Below, in pieces: positions 13,523-27,814 of a stretch of DNA of 64,000 nucleotides; the first letter of the stretch is position 1, and every line of letters begins with the position of its first letter. Under the pieces are notes generated by a model. It saw nothing but the letters and a program-made list of their open reading frames with translations. It made no database searches and had not been told where the DNA came from. A program made the translations under genes and the position numbers. The stretch is from NCBI GenBank assembly GCA_951406725.2, contig OX597821.1, forward strand, positions 108,500,001 to 108,564,000, written 5' to 3'. The DNA comes from Octopus vulgaris. Taxonomy: Eukaryota.

Positions 13523-13989
13523 AACTTGCGTATGTATGAATGTACGTATGTATGTATGTATGTATATATGTAGGTATGTATGCATGTATGTATGTATGTG
13601 GGGGTAAGAAGAAGAAACATGCAGTGATTTCATCGCTTCAAATGCACAGAACATATGCCAAAGACCAAATTGAAATCTGTATTGTATTGCTAAGTGTAAT
13701 CCTCCTAATTCGCTCAAGTTCTTTCTTACATGCGATGTGAACGAAAAAAAAAATGAAGCTCAAGGAATAATGCAACACCTCCGTCAGCAGCAGTAGTAGC
13801 AGCAGCAACAACAACAACAACAACAAGAGCGGAGCAGAATACAAAACAAAAATGAATATCACGGAATAAAACGCAATAAGATTTGAATTACACACTCTGT
13901 TATACATAAACAGACAAGCAGAAACGAAGCAAAGTATTTTCTCAAACAAATAAGAGAAAAGAAATTGTGATTAACAGAAACAAAATGCA

Positions 13990-14078
<89 letters not shown>

Positions 14079-14095
14079 CTCTCTCTCTTTCTCTG

Positions 14096-14138
<43 letters not shown>

Positions 14139-14485
14139 GTTTTTCTTTCTTCTCTACACAGAGACATACTCACATGCACATTTATGTATATATGTATGCA
14201 TGTATGTATGTATGTATTTACATAAAATATATACAGCTGTGTGTGTGCATGTGCAAATATATGTGTGTGTGTGTTTGTGTGTACATATATGTACATATAT
14301 GTACATATATGCATGTATGTAGTCTGTATATATATACATATATATATATATGTATATGTATATACTCTGTATAAGCATCCATATATTCATTATATGTACA
14401 TCTGTATTTATCTATCTGTCTCTCTGTTTGATTGCCTATGTATCTATCTGAACGCACACACACGCTCACACACACAGACACACAG

Positions 14486-14520
<35 letters not shown>

Positions 14521-14574
14521 CGCAGAAATGTTTCTATTCATTTGTGTGTAAATATATTCATGTATACACAAATA

Positions 14575-14617
<43 letters not shown>

Positions 14618-14760
14618 ATATATGTACATGTTACTGTACTTGTGTATGTACTTGTGATGAATGTATGTATGTAAGTATGTATGTATGTAAGTATGTATGT
14701 ATGTGTGTATGTATGTATGTATATATATATATATATATCGATAGATAGATAGATATACAG

Positions 14761-14791
<31 letters not shown>

Positions 14792-15399
14792 AAGGTAGAC
14801 AGAGAGAGACCACCAATATCAACCAGAACAACACCAATAACTACAGCAAGCAGCAACAACAACAACAACAACATCAAGGAAAGCGGGTACGTCTCAAAGA
14901 GCAGGGTACGCGCTTCAAGCATATACGAGTCAGAATTAACAACACATGTCACTAATTGAAATTTATTCCTAGCGTTGTTTCCCAACTGTAGAAAAATAAA
15001 ATAAAATAAAATAAAATAAAAATACAAGGAAGCTGATACAAACATACAAATAAGTGAAGATTTAGTATGGCGCTGGTAAAGCTTCATTTTTTTTTTGAAG
15101 CCAGCTTATGTGGTGGAAAGAGATCTTTTCAGAAAAAGACAGCTGTGGGGACCATCGTTGTTATCATTATTGTAAGTAGCAACAGCAGCAGTAATAGCAG
15201 CAGTAATAGCAACAACATCAGTGGCTGGAGTAAGCAGCTGTACACTAAGCAACATCAGCAGAATATACCGTCAGCAGCGGAGAGATCGGCGGCGGCGGCG
15301 GCGGCGGCGGAAGTATCGCCATCGTAGATGTCGTTCGAAACCGTCGTTACCATTATCGTAGTGAGCTTTCGTCCTTTAATGTCGTTGAATTTTGCAGTG

Positions 15400-16237
15400 G
15401 CATTGCTGTCATAATCATCATCGTCATCATCATCATCATCATCATCCTCATCATCATCGTCGTTGTCGTCGTCATCATGGTCATCATCGTCATCATCATA
15501 ATCGTCAACATCATCATCATCATCATCATCATCATTGTCTTCGTCATCCTCATGGCATCATCTTCATCATAATCATGATCGATCATCATCATCGTCGTCG
15601 TCATCGTCGTCATCATCGTCATCATCATCGTCGTCGTCATCGCCGTCATCGTCATCATCGTCATCATCGTCATCGTCATCATCGTCATCGTCATCATCGT
15701 CATCGTCACATTTCACAACATATTTCACCTCCTTCGTCTCACTTTCCTCATCGTTACCATTTTCATCCCAACAATTGCCGTCATCGTCATATTCCACTTC
15801 CTCCTCTTCTTTTACTTCTTCTTCTTTTCCTTCTTCTTCTTTTCCTTCTTCTTCTTCTTCTTCTTCTTCCTCTTCCTCTTCTTCTTCTTCTTCTTCTTCT
15901 TCTTCCTCTTCCTCTTCTTCTTCTTCTTCTTCTTCTTCTCCTTCTTCTTCTCTTCTTCCTCCTCCACCCCCTCCACCTCCTCCTCCTCCTCGTCTTCTTC
16001 TTCTTCTTCTTCTTCTTCTTCTTCTTCTTCTTCTTCCGCTTCTTCGTCCTCCTCTTCTTCATCCTCGTCATCACCAACCACCTCATCATTAGGATAATCG
16101 TATCAATGTGGGAAGTTTTCGATCGGTAGAATAAAGTTGATAAAACAACACCGGATGTTACTGCTGCCGTTGGTACAACAGCGACGGCAGCAGCAGCGTC
16201 AAAGAGAACAACAACAGCTACTACTACTACTACTACA

Positions 16238-16307
<70 letters not shown>

Positions 16308-16338
16308 TGCTACTACTACTACTACTACTGCTACTATG

Positions 16339-16393
<55 letters not shown>

Positions 16394-16435
16394 CGCTGCT
16401 GCCACTGCTTCTGCCACTTCTTCATCACTTTATTC

Positions 16436-16507
<72 letters not shown>

Positions 16508-16740
16508 TTCTTCTTCTTCTTATTATTATTATTATTATTATTACTATTATTATTATTATTATCATTATTATTATTAGTAGTAGTAGTAGTAGTAATAATA
16601 ATAGTAGTAGTAGTAGTAGTAGTAGTAGTAGCAGCTGTAGTAGTAGTATTCCTCTTTTTATTATTATCATTACAATCATTATTATTATTATTAGTAGTAG
16701 TAGTTTTCTTCTACTTCTCTTCTTCTTCTTCGTCTTCTTC
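15400..16740. repeat. Compound trinucleotide array (CAT/CGT)-(CTT)-(CTA)-(CAT)-(TTA)-(TAG)
   Basis: Directly visible blocks of successive triplet motifs. Confidence 0.95.
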
Positions 16741-16868
16741 TCGAGGAAAACCTGCACTGTTTGTCTTTTCTTGATAGTTAATCCTGTCAGATGTGGAAGA
16801 TCTATTCGTGCGATAAAGCGTCTACAAAAGAAACTGGAGACTCACAGCCACTTATAAGTACATGCACA

Positions 16869-16901
<33 letters not shown>

Positions 16902-17239
16902 ACACACATGCACATGCACACACACACGCATAGTGCATACGTATATACACATGTACAGTAATAAAGCATACAAACACACACACACATAGATACATTCCTC
17001 CACATGCTCATATACATATTCTCTTCTCCATGTGTGCATGTTTGTGAGTGATTTCTTATTGGTGCGGGGTATATATGTGTATATACGTAAGTGTATACAC
17101 ACACAAACGCACACAAGCCCCAAAAGACACACACACATAGACCTATCTATGTATTTTTCTACTTTTGTGTAACTTCAGATATGTACGCATATCCATGTAG
17201 ATTTAAGCACAAACTCATACATATATACATATATAATTA

Positions 17240-17283
<44 letters not shown>

Positions 17284-17399
17284 CACACACACATACACGC
17301 ATATAACTACTTATGTGTATATGTATACTTATATATATATATATATATGCATGTATGTATGTATGTATGTATATATATATATATATATATACGTATATA

Positions 17400-17432
<33 letters not shown>

Positions 17433-17667
17433 GCATATATATATACATAGCTAGATAGATAGATAGATAGATAGATATACATGTACGAAAATACGTAGAA
17501 ATAAGGTTAAAAACACAGAGTTTCACATTTGTCATAAAATCATTACACGAAAACTTCTGTATTGAATTCAAGTTTGCTTGCAACTTAGATTAGAGTTAGA
17601 AAGTCTATCGCATACAACGGTGCTCGCCGGGGCACACACAACACACATGCTCATACAAACACATACA

Positions 17668-17764
<97 letters not shown>

Positions 17765-17913
17765 TTGAGTACGAGCCGTTCTGGCACTGCAGTTTTGGCA
17801 TCACCAATTTGGCGTCGCTAGCTTGACGCTGTCTTATTTGAAATCAGACGTTTCAAAGTCGCACATCTATTGTATTCCTCCCATTTTCGCTGTCTATCTT
17901 TCTCTTTTTCTCA

Positions 17914-17969
<56 letters not shown>

Positions 17970-18471
17970 GTTTGCATTCATGTATTTTTCCGCATGGGTA
18001 TATGTGTATGTGTGTGTGTGTATTAACTTTCCATACCGAAAGGTGCTGTCTCTCGCTCGTCGTGTCCCATCCCCTCATTCCGTATATATATGTTTATATA
18101 CCCCAGAATGAAATAGAATTGTAGAGGAACGCCAATAACAAAATTAAAAACAAAACGATTGTGCGTAACTTTAGTCAATGCCTTCATCAGCTGTCGACTG
18201 TTTATCATAATACTGTTGATATCTTCCAACAACATTGTTCAATCCTTCGGTGTCAAAAGCATTTGAGCTGATAGGGCTGCAGAACTATACACTTGTAACT
18301 AGAAGAAAATGACACAAAAATGTCCCAAAGAATATCAAATGGCTGTGCCCCAGCATGGCCATAACCACTGAGTTGGAACTCGTAAAAGAAGAAAGAATAC
18401 CAATACAGTGAGGGAATTTATATATAAAACAACGAGAGTAATACATGCACACATACACACAAATATATATA

Positions 18472-18697
18472 CAATACTCCCTCAACTATCGCGGGTGTTA
18501 CGTCCCAACACCCCTCCCCGCAATATGTGAAAATTTGCAATGTATAAACAGTACTGTACTGTGTAACATTTTTTTATTATCTTTATAATTTGTATATATT
18601 TATTTTATTATAAATGCAAAACAACAACATGGAGGAATTGAGGTAAGCTTAAATAGTAAACCGTAATAGGTGAACCGCGATGTGGCGAGGGATACTG
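18472..18697. mobile_element. Tc1/mariner superfamily (pogo/Tigger-like) MITE
   Basis: TA-flanked imperfect TIRs CAATACTCCCTCAACTATCGCGG ... CCGCGATGTGGCGAGGGATACTG. Confidence 0.7.
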
Positions 18698-18761
18698 TAT
18701 ATGAATATATATATATATATGAAAGAATGGAGTTGAACGACGAATTAACAAAATTCCTTTA

Positions 18762-18844
18762 TTTTCGACATATGTTTCGAAGGCTGCATATTCCTAATTT
18801 CGAAGGAATAAGGGGAGCATTATGCCGCCTTCTCATCAGGAAAA
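18762..18844 (-). ncRNA. Minimal type-I hammerhead ribozyme motif inside a short element flanked by (TA)n
   Basis: The minus strand reads UUUUC-CUGAUGA-GAAGGCGGCAUA...UAUGCAGCCUUC-GAAAC-AUAU-GUC-GAAAA. It has a 5-bp stem I, 11 of 12 pairs in stem II, palindromic ACAUAUGU stem III and a full catalytic core. Confidence 0.85.
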
Positions 18845-18948
18845 ACAAGGAACTTATGTCAGCATCAAGATGCACAAAAACTTTTAGAAGACTGCCCACA
18901 CGGAGCCCATAGCGATAATTATCCATAATAAGATAATTCATTCAACTA

Positions 18949-19018
<70 letters not shown>

Positions 19019-19811
19019 CGTGAGTGTGTGTGAGTTGGTGCGTATATGTGTGTGTGTGTGTAGCTAGTTAAAGCGAGTATATGTTCATATGTATTTATTT
19101 GTATTCTTTTATTCTTTCACTTGTCTCAGATATTTGACTGCGGTCATGCTGGAGCACTGCTTCTGTCGAGCAAATCGATCCCAGGATCAAAGTTTAGTAC
19201 TTATTCTATTGGTCTATTTTGCCGAACCGCTTATTTACGGGGACTAAAACACTCCAGCATCGGTTGTCAAGCGATGCTTGTGTGTATTTTGTGTACACAC
19301 CTATCCTACTATGCTTGGAGACCAGCCATTGAAAATGGTACGAATAAAAGTAAGGGGGTGTATATAAATACGTCCCCCAGATGTTGCGGAAACAACAAAC
19401 TACATATTTTTATTTGAAAGGTATCTGGACGGAAGCATATAATTAGTTGGTCCTTTGCTGACATACCCAATTATTCATATAGGCCTTTATCTTTAGGACA
19501 GCAAGAAAAAGTCTTGAGCGTCGAAAGGCTGTTTTAGGATGTTAGACGTATCAGAACTGTCTCTACTTTTCTGTATTAAGAATTAGTATTATCGTCTGGC
19601 TGCGGAGACATCAAGTCTATCAAAATCTGTTGCCTTGTATTACAGTTCCTGTTAAATGCACGGCAAAACACAAATGAGGGCAGTCGCTATCATGGGATTA
19701 CACATGGAACTCGTGTGCTACAGTGTGTTGAAATTAATGGGCAATACCATAATTGATGTACAGGGTAGTATGTTTCCGCATTGCAGGTTTAAATATATTT
19801 GACTTGTGTGC

Positions 19812-20010
19812 GAGCTGGCAGAAACGTTAGCACGCCGGACGAAATGCGTAACCGTATTTCGTCTGCCGTTACGTTCTGAGCCTTTCATCATTTCGAGGTC
19901 GATAAATTAAGTACCAGTTACGCACTGGGGTCGATGTAATCGACTTAAATCCGTTTATCTGTCCTTGTTTGTCCCCTTTGTGTTTAGCCCCCTGTGGGTA
20001 GTAAAGAAAT
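19812..20010 (+). mobile_element. tRNA-derived SINE family B with a 19-bp target-site duplication
   Basis: Head GAGCTGGCAGAAACGTTAGCACGCCGG and core GCCTTTCATC..TTCG.GGTCGATAAATTAAGTACCAG. ATATATTTGACTYGTGTGC occurs at 19793-19811 and 20011-20029. Confidence 0.85.
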
Positions 20011-20125
20011 ATATATTTGACTCGTGTGCTTTTAGTGTTCCAGCGCTTCAGTGGACGGAGACTCTGCCATCAGAAGAATGAATCTTTATCTTCCTTTCAG
20101 CAATTCCATTTGTTTGTTTTTTCTA

Positions 20126-20172
<47 letters not shown>

Positions 20173-20767
20173 GTGTGTGTGTGTGTCTGTTCCTGACGAA
20201 CGGGAATGTGAAACTCTGAGTAGCAGCTTTTTGTGATATTTTGCCACTTTAATAAAACAGCATATTAATCTAACTTGTTTTGCAATTACGTTCTTACTCG
20301 TTCGTGTGTTTGGTGTATTTGTGTATGTATGCATATATATATATATATATATAAAATGGAACAAAAACGCAATAGAGGGCATTAAACGAGACGATACACG
20401 GGCGGACAGGAGAAACACCAATTAGAAGGTCAGGTAAAAAAAAGACGGGTCAGTCTTGGCTTTCTTCCATCAGTAAAGTTCAGAAGTCACGACCATTTGG
20501 GTAGTTACACTTGAGATGGTCCTATGTAGTTGCCCCTAAAAATGTCTAAGCTAAGAGAATTAGACCCCCTTGTAAAAAAGCTAGCGAATGTGTACGAAAA
20601 CAAAGACAAAGAGCACACCAAAGAAACGGAGAACATGGAACACAATTACGAATACAAACAATAAGTAATAACAACAGGCGTCTTTCAACTGAGAACGAAT
20701 CAAATTGAGCTGGCGTGTATAAAGTGAAGGCCTATATATGTATATGTATATGTATATGAATATGCAT

Positions 20768-20825
<58 letters not shown>

Positions 20826-20847
20826 TCATATATACATATACACACAC

Positions 20848-20900
<53 letters not shown>

Positions 20901-21989
20901 TATATACATATATACATATACATATACATATATATGTGTATGTATGTATGCATGTATGTATATGTATATGTATATACGTACATGCATGTATATGATTTCA
21001 GAAAATATAGCTGTCATTTCTGGCATGTAGAAGGACGTTTGTTTCACATTTCTCTTTTCTGAAATATAAAGGTCACAGCACTCTAGTGCTCTTTCAACAG
21101 CAAACACATAAAAATGAAGAGCAAGAATTCGTGCAAAATAGTGATAATTTGAATTTAAAAAACGCAGTTAATTAATTTCGTGAAACTTGATCAGATTCAT
21201 TGCTGATATATTTTTTTTTCTTTATATATATATTTCTAGTTTCATATTATTTTTTATTCGCTTCAAAAATAAATACAATCTTTGTATCCTGGTATGTAAT
21301 GTCGCGTCCCTCTGTTCATGTAGCTTAGCCGACATTATTAAGCGCTCGGATTTCTAGCAATGTTATCTGCGTTAGGAAAAAACATATCTTGTCACCAATC
21401 TAGAAGGAAATTATATTTTTGTCTGTTAAACATTCAACCTTACTTCCGGTACGCTGGTGCTTCTTGGTTGGTTCAACACACGAAAAACAGCCCCCTCTTG
21501 TAGGACTTTTCAGACAGTAGGCGTTAAGGGAAAGGGCCCTTATGTATGCATATATGTATGTATGTAAGAGTTTTCTTTGAGTTTAATTTAAGTTCTTCTT
21601 CAGAGAGTTGCAAACAAAGCAACGAGACTTTTTGTCTTAAGAGAGTTCTCGGTGTTTGTAAATATGTGATTAAGTTGGTTTGTTCGTTGAACTGTGATGC
21701 AAACACCCACGTGTGTCCATCTATTCAAATTAAGAATCTCAGCTGGAGAATTTTTGGAATGTTTTAAAAATCTTCACAGTGCCACAAAAAGAATGTATTT
21801 GGAAAAACTGCGTCAGTTTTCTTTTTATTTTGCTCATTTTCCATAAAAAGAAATCGCTTCTTGGTCCTTGTGCAAATATGTATGCATGTATGTATGTATG
21901 TATGTATGTATGTATGTATGTATGTATGTATGTATGTATGTATGTATGTATGTATGTATGTATGTATGTATGTATGTATGTATGTATGT

Positions 21990-22196
21990 ATAATCCTTAA
22001 ATCCTTAAAAATGTTTCAGCCCAAAAGCTGCAGCCATACTGGAGCAACACCGTTGACTGAGCTACACTAGTATGTGAAACCACCTCTGATACGTGGCACT
22101 TGTTCAACAAGGGAGTTCGACGCCGCTGTTCGCATCTGTGTTTCCTGCCGAGAGGTAGGTTCATTGGAACTCCTGACAAGAAGAGATCCAGTTTAG
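21990..22196 (-). mobile_element. 5'-truncated CR1-group LINE 3' end
   Basis: The minus strand reads KLDLFLSGVP...EPT...AASNSL, then the tail GTGTTGCTCCAGTATGGCTGCAG...GCTGAAAC. It is homologous to 3588-3858. Confidence 0.75.
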
Positions 22197-22445
22197 TATG
22201 TATGTATATACTTATGTATGGTAGACAGCTCCGATGAGAGCTCAATTAGGCTCGAAAACCGATTTAGACTGTTCATCAGTTTTTAGAGAAATATAGAATA
22301 AGCGCCAGGCTTTAGAAAATAAGCTTTAGAAAATTCGTTTGACTAAAATTCTACAAATTGCTACCCCAGCATGGCCGCAGTCTAGTAACTAAAACAAACA
22401 ATAGATGTGTGTGTGTTTGTGTGTGAAAGAGAGAAAGAGACAGTG

Positions 22446-22494
<49 letters not shown>

Positions 22495-22594
22495 GGTGTA
22501 AATATATATATGCTTACACTTGCATACATACATATATGTATGCACCTATATATGCATATATATATATATATATCCATACATATGTATGTATGTG

Positions 22595-22635
<41 letters not shown>

Positions 22636-22990
22636 GTATGTATCTGTGTCCGAGTATACTGTGTGGTAACACTCACCACGAATTACTGACATCCTTTTAA
22701 GAAATATCTAATCAGATATTTTATCATATCCATTTTACATCCCACAACAACTTACATTCCATTATCGCAATTATTTCCTGTACAAATCTTATTACATTGT
22801 ATTCTATTAAAATAACAACAACAATAAAAATTACGAGGAAGGGACAACATTACTAATAGTAAATATGTGGTATAGAATGACTTGCCACGGCCGGGGAACC
22901 AGAACAGCAAACTTCACTAATATATAAAGATGCTTACTTATACAAATACACACACACGCACACAGACACACAGACACACATATACTCATC

Positions 22991-23078
<88 letters not shown>

Positions 23079-23083
<5 letters not shown>

Positions 23084-23204
23084 TTATAGAAGGACTTCTA
23101 CAGGACTAGAACTGTTTCATTCAGATTAAATCTTCAGGAAGCTCCTGAAGATTTCATCTGAATGAAACAGTTCTAGTCCTGTGGAAGCTCCTTCTATAAA
23201 ATAA
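23079..23204. repeat. About 125-bp palindrome made of two head-to-head hammerhead-like motifs
   Basis: The arms are TATTTTATAGAAGGA...GTTTCATTCAGATTAAATCTTCAGGA and TCCTGAAGATTTCATCTGAATGAAAC...TCCTTCTATAAAATA. Each arm reads CUGAAGA...GAAACAG-loop-CUGU(A/G)-GAAG. Confidence 0.8.
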
Positions 23205-23959
23205 ATTACTTTACTTTGCTATGCATTGAGTACCTTATTTACTGTGGTTAACCCCGACTCAACCCGGGACCTACATATATATATACATAACCTTAGGAGC
23301 ACTCCGTCGGTAACGACGACGAGGGTCCCAGCTGATACGATCAACGGAACAGCCTGCTCATAAAATTAGTTTTGGTTCGTGTACGTCCTCGTAACCGAAC
23401 GGTTTGGGAAAGGTACTGATAGAATAAATACGAAGCGTAGAAACGAAAAACTGAAAGATTTGGACCGAGGTCTGCGGCTGAACTCCCTGAGGCCGTTGCC
23501 TCAGAATCACCGCGGTCCAATTACTGAAACAAAAAATGAATAAAAGACAAGTCTTAGCAGAGTAGGAACTATTTTCATTTATGTTCCAAGTCTTTGAGAT
23601 TATTAAGTTGTCAAAAACTGATACAGGCGGATTTATATTCTAAAATAACCTTTAAATTTTACTTAATTATAAACTCGTAGATATACAAGGTATTAATAAG
23701 GTGAAAATTCGGTAGATTTTAATTAAATTTAAATTAACTGTAAAAGTATATACGATGGAGTGACTTATGTTTTGTGTTTGCAGGATTAATGAGCATAATT
23801 TTACTAATTGATTGAGATAAAATTGAAATGTATTGAAACGAAGTACAGAAGAAACGAAAAATATAGCCTTTTATAGTCAGGAATAATTGTAGATTATACA
23901 AGCTTGTAACTTCGCAAAGTAGAAAAGGTTGAAGGACAAGCTATGGTGTGCTGAAATAA

Positions 23960-24332
23960 GGAGGCGCAATGACATAGTGGTTTGGGCAGCAGACTCGCGG
24001 TCGTAGGATCGCAGTTTCGATTCCCAGACCGGGCGTTATGAGTGTTTATTGAGCGAAAACATCTAAAACTACACGAAGCTCCGGCAGTGGGTGGTGGCGA
24101 ACCCTGCTGTACTCTTTCACCACAACTTTCTCTCACTATTTCTACCTGTTTCTGTTCCGCCAGTATTTCAAAGTGCTAGTCTTGTCACACTCTGTGTCAC
24201 GCAGAATCTCCCCGAGGTTAAGGGTACACGTGTCTGTGGAGTGCTCAGCCACTTGCACGTTAATTTCATGAGCAGGCTGTTCCGTTGATCGGATCAACTG
24301 GAACCCTCGTCGTCGTAACCGACAAAGTGCCA
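23960..24332 (+). mobile_element. tRNA-derived SINE family C
   Basis: tRNA-like head GGAGGCGCAATGACATAGTGGTTTGGGCAGCAGACTCGCGGTCGTAGGATCGCAGTTTCGATTCC and tail CAGGCTGTTCCGTTGATCGGATCAACTGGAACCCTCGTCGTCGTAACCGAC. Related copies are at 32461, 55394 and 59250. Confidence 0.85.
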
Positions 24333-24530
24333 CGACTGAAATTAGTTGTAATGAAGCATAATGAATTTACACTTTTAGAAAAAAAATCTAAAAAGTGAAT
24401 TCAATACACAATAATTCTTTCTAATTTTGGAACAAAACCTGAAATGCTAAGGGTTTGAGAAGTCAGTTACATCGCTTCCAACGCTTATTGGGTGCTTGAT
24501 ATTCCTTTCTTGAGGGTGAGGAACAAGAGA

Positions 24531-24696
24531 AAGAAGAAGAAGAAGAAGAAGAAGAAGAAGAAGAAGAAGAAGAAGAAGAAGAAGAAGAATGAGGAGGAGG
24601 AGGAGGAGGAGGAGAAGAAGAAGAAGAAGAAGAAGAAGAAGAAGAAGAAGAAGAAGAAGAAGAAGAAGAAGAAGAAGAAGAAGAAGAAGAAGAAGA
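24531..24696 (+). repeat. (GAA)n-(GAG)n-(GAA)n purine array
   Basis: Directly visible. Confidence 0.95.
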
Positions 24697-24749
24697 AAAG
24701 GGCAAACAAAATGAGAAGCAGAGGAGAGGGAATAAATGAGTGAGCTTAC

Positions 24750-25070
24750 ACTGGAACTCCGTCGGTTACGACGATGAGGGATCAAGCTGATCCGATCAAC
24801 GAAACAGTCCGCTCGTGAAATTAACGTGCAAGTGATTGATTTAGCACTCCATAAACACGTGAACCCTTAACATAAACTCAGGGAGTTTCAGTGTGACACA
24901 TTGAGTGCGACAAGGCTGGACCCTTTGAAATGCTACTACCACACATTTTTGCCAGAAGACAAGATTGGGGCAACGTGAAATAAAGTAGTATCGTGCTCAA
25001 GGACACAACAGGTCGCCGCGGGGTATCGATCTCGTAGCCTTACGATTGGAAACCGAATAGCCTAAACACG
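24750..25070 (-). mobile_element. SINE with the family C tail, inverted relative to 23960-24332
   Basis: ACTCCGTCGGTTACGACGATGAGGG...GATCCGATCAACGAAACAG is the reverse complement of the 24270-24330 tail. A degenerate tRNA head lies near 25020-25070. Confidence 0.75.
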
Positions 25071-25783
25071 CGTATTCAGAGTAGTTCTTGGAATAGTTAC
25101 ATAAATGAAAAATTAGTTTACTTGAATTTTTTTTATATTTTAAGGAAATAAACATTTTTTTTTCCCCTGAAAATTAGTTCGGGTTTCATCACATTAAACA
25201 AGAACCAAGAAATTTGATGAAAGCCAAAGAATAAAATTATTGTAAGTACGCCATATTTCCTGATATTACCCAGGGTGGTAAGTTCACCATCATAGAACAT
25301 ATACACAGACACACACGTGTATATGTGTGTGTGTTCGTATGAATACATATATATTTATATACATATACATACATGTGTGTGTGTGAAGCCGTGCTCATGG
25401 TTGCGCATAAAAATTTCTAATAATTTAGAAATTTAGACATTTATAAGTTCATTTTCTCTTAACGCCAAGTCTGTTATTTAGTTTATTTACTCTCCCTCCC
25501 ATCTTTTTTTATTCACGCTCCCCCGCCTCTTGTTTTAGCAATTCTCCTCCTCCACTCTCTCTTTCTCTCGTTCTTTCTAACCCACTCTCTCTCTCTCTCT
25601 CTCTCGCCTACTTTTTCCCACCTCCTTTTCCTCCCCTTTGCTCTCTCCTCTACCACATGTATATATATATTTATGTATGTATGTAAGTCTAAATACGAAT
25701 GTGTATATATATATAGACACATACATACATACGCATATGTGTATGCATATATCAATATATATATACATATACACAATATACAC

Positions 25784-25814
<31 letters not shown>

Positions 25815-26579
25815 TATAAATATATATACATATGCATACATACACAGACTCACACAAACATACACTCACACAAACATACACTCACACACACATATATATA
25901 TACATACGTATATATATATATCTATATATACGTATATATATACATACGTATATATATATATCTATATATAAGTGTACGGGCGCATTCGCTCACCTTCACC
26001 ATGCTAATGTTTTCCTCATTCTCAGAGGAATACAATAATTCTACAGCTGTCTCCCTCCCCCACCGCGCGTTCTCTATTTCTCTCTAACAGTCTCCTCTCT
26101 CTCTCTCTCACTCTCTCTCTCTCTCTCCCACCTTTACCATTTCTTTCCTACGCATTCATCTCTCTCCCACCCACTTACACCCCGTCTGTATTGCTTTCAC
26201 CACCACTGTCTTTAATCAAAGTATTTACTTTTTTTAGTAAGACTTAAACTGGTTCACCGTTAACATTTTCCGCTTGTTAGGGACGCTTTTGATGAATCCC
26301 AGGAGGTGTGTCTGGAGGTTTGGGTTTTAATATAGAGGCGCCTGTCTTCCCCGAGGCGCAGGGCTCAACACTCACTCACATGTAGTTGTACTTCCGTTCC
26401 TGTATATATTATGCACCAACGTAAACTAATATCCTTATATACCACTCTGTTCTCTCTTTCTGTAGTTCTTTCATGTGTATGTATATTTATGTATATCCGT
26501 ACATATATCGACATACAGATATATATACATGCATACGTACATGCATAATTACATATATGTATATATGTATGTATGTATG

Positions 26580-26614
<35 letters not shown>

Positions 26615-26809
26615 TCGCACACAAACACACATATATAGAGAGATAGCCATGCATCCATAGTTATACACGGTCGCCAAAACATACATACATACACCTCAAC
26701 ACCCCACACATGCATATGTCTATTAAGAATTTATACATATATATATCTTTACATCTATGTATATACATATGCATATATATGTGTGTGTTTTGTGTGTGTG
26801 CGTATGTGC

Positions 26810-26845
<36 letters not shown>

Positions 26846-27227
26846 CGTATTTCAGTCATTTGACTGCGGCCAGGCTGGAGTACCGCATTTAGGAGGACAA
26901 ATCGAACTCAGGATTTAACTTTTGTAAGCCTAGTACTTATTCTAAAGCTCTCTGTGGCCGAACACCTAAGTTACGGGGACGTAAACACACCAACATTGAT
27001 TGTCAAGTGATGGTGGAGAGGGAAGCAAAAATACAACCATATATATATATATATATATATATTTTAGACGTGCTTCATTCAATTTCCATCTACCAAATCC
27101 ATTCACAAGGCTTGGGTCGACTTGAAGCTTCAGTAGAAGACACTTGCCCAAGGTGCCACGCAATGTAACTGAACCCGGAACAATGTCGTTGGGAAGCAAG
27201 CTCCTTACCACACACCCACCTCTGCGT
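26846..27227 (-). mobile_element. SINE family A copy
   Basis: Matches the tail, centre and head of 4700-5120. Confidence 0.8.
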
Positions 27228-27508
27228 CTATATATATATATATACACACTACATACACACACATACATTATCATATATGTGTGTATGTGTATACCAATAT
27301 ATATATACATACATATACACACATAGTTATATACACATCCGACATCCGAACATTCAGAAAACTGTGTGTATGTATGTGCAGAGATTGCTGCCATATATGT
27401 TTTTAATTATGCATAACTATCCATACGTATATTCCCCCCTCTCTCTCTGTTTCTCTGTATGTGTATATATAAAGATATATATATATATATATATAGATAT
27501 ATATATAT

Positions 27509-27551
<43 letters not shown>

Positions 27552-27566
27552 TACGTACATGATACT

Positions 27567-27607
<41 letters not shown>

Positions 27608-27814
27608 GCAGTCAGATTAAAGATATACACTTTAATTTGTATATACAAGTAACTTATTTGCATATTATACACACGTTATTATAGACGTGAGTTTATATTT
27701 CACATATTTCTACGGATATATACAAAAAAATAATCCTGCCTTCTGTACTTCCATAGACATAGTTTAATGCGCATCGAAAAACCATGGACGTACATAGTCG
27801 CAGCTGTAGGGGAG

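Noticed and set aside
20428-20492. Cluster of AGGTCA-like nuclear-receptor half sites
   Set aside because: These are short degenerate hexamers that cannot be distinguished from chance without conservation data.
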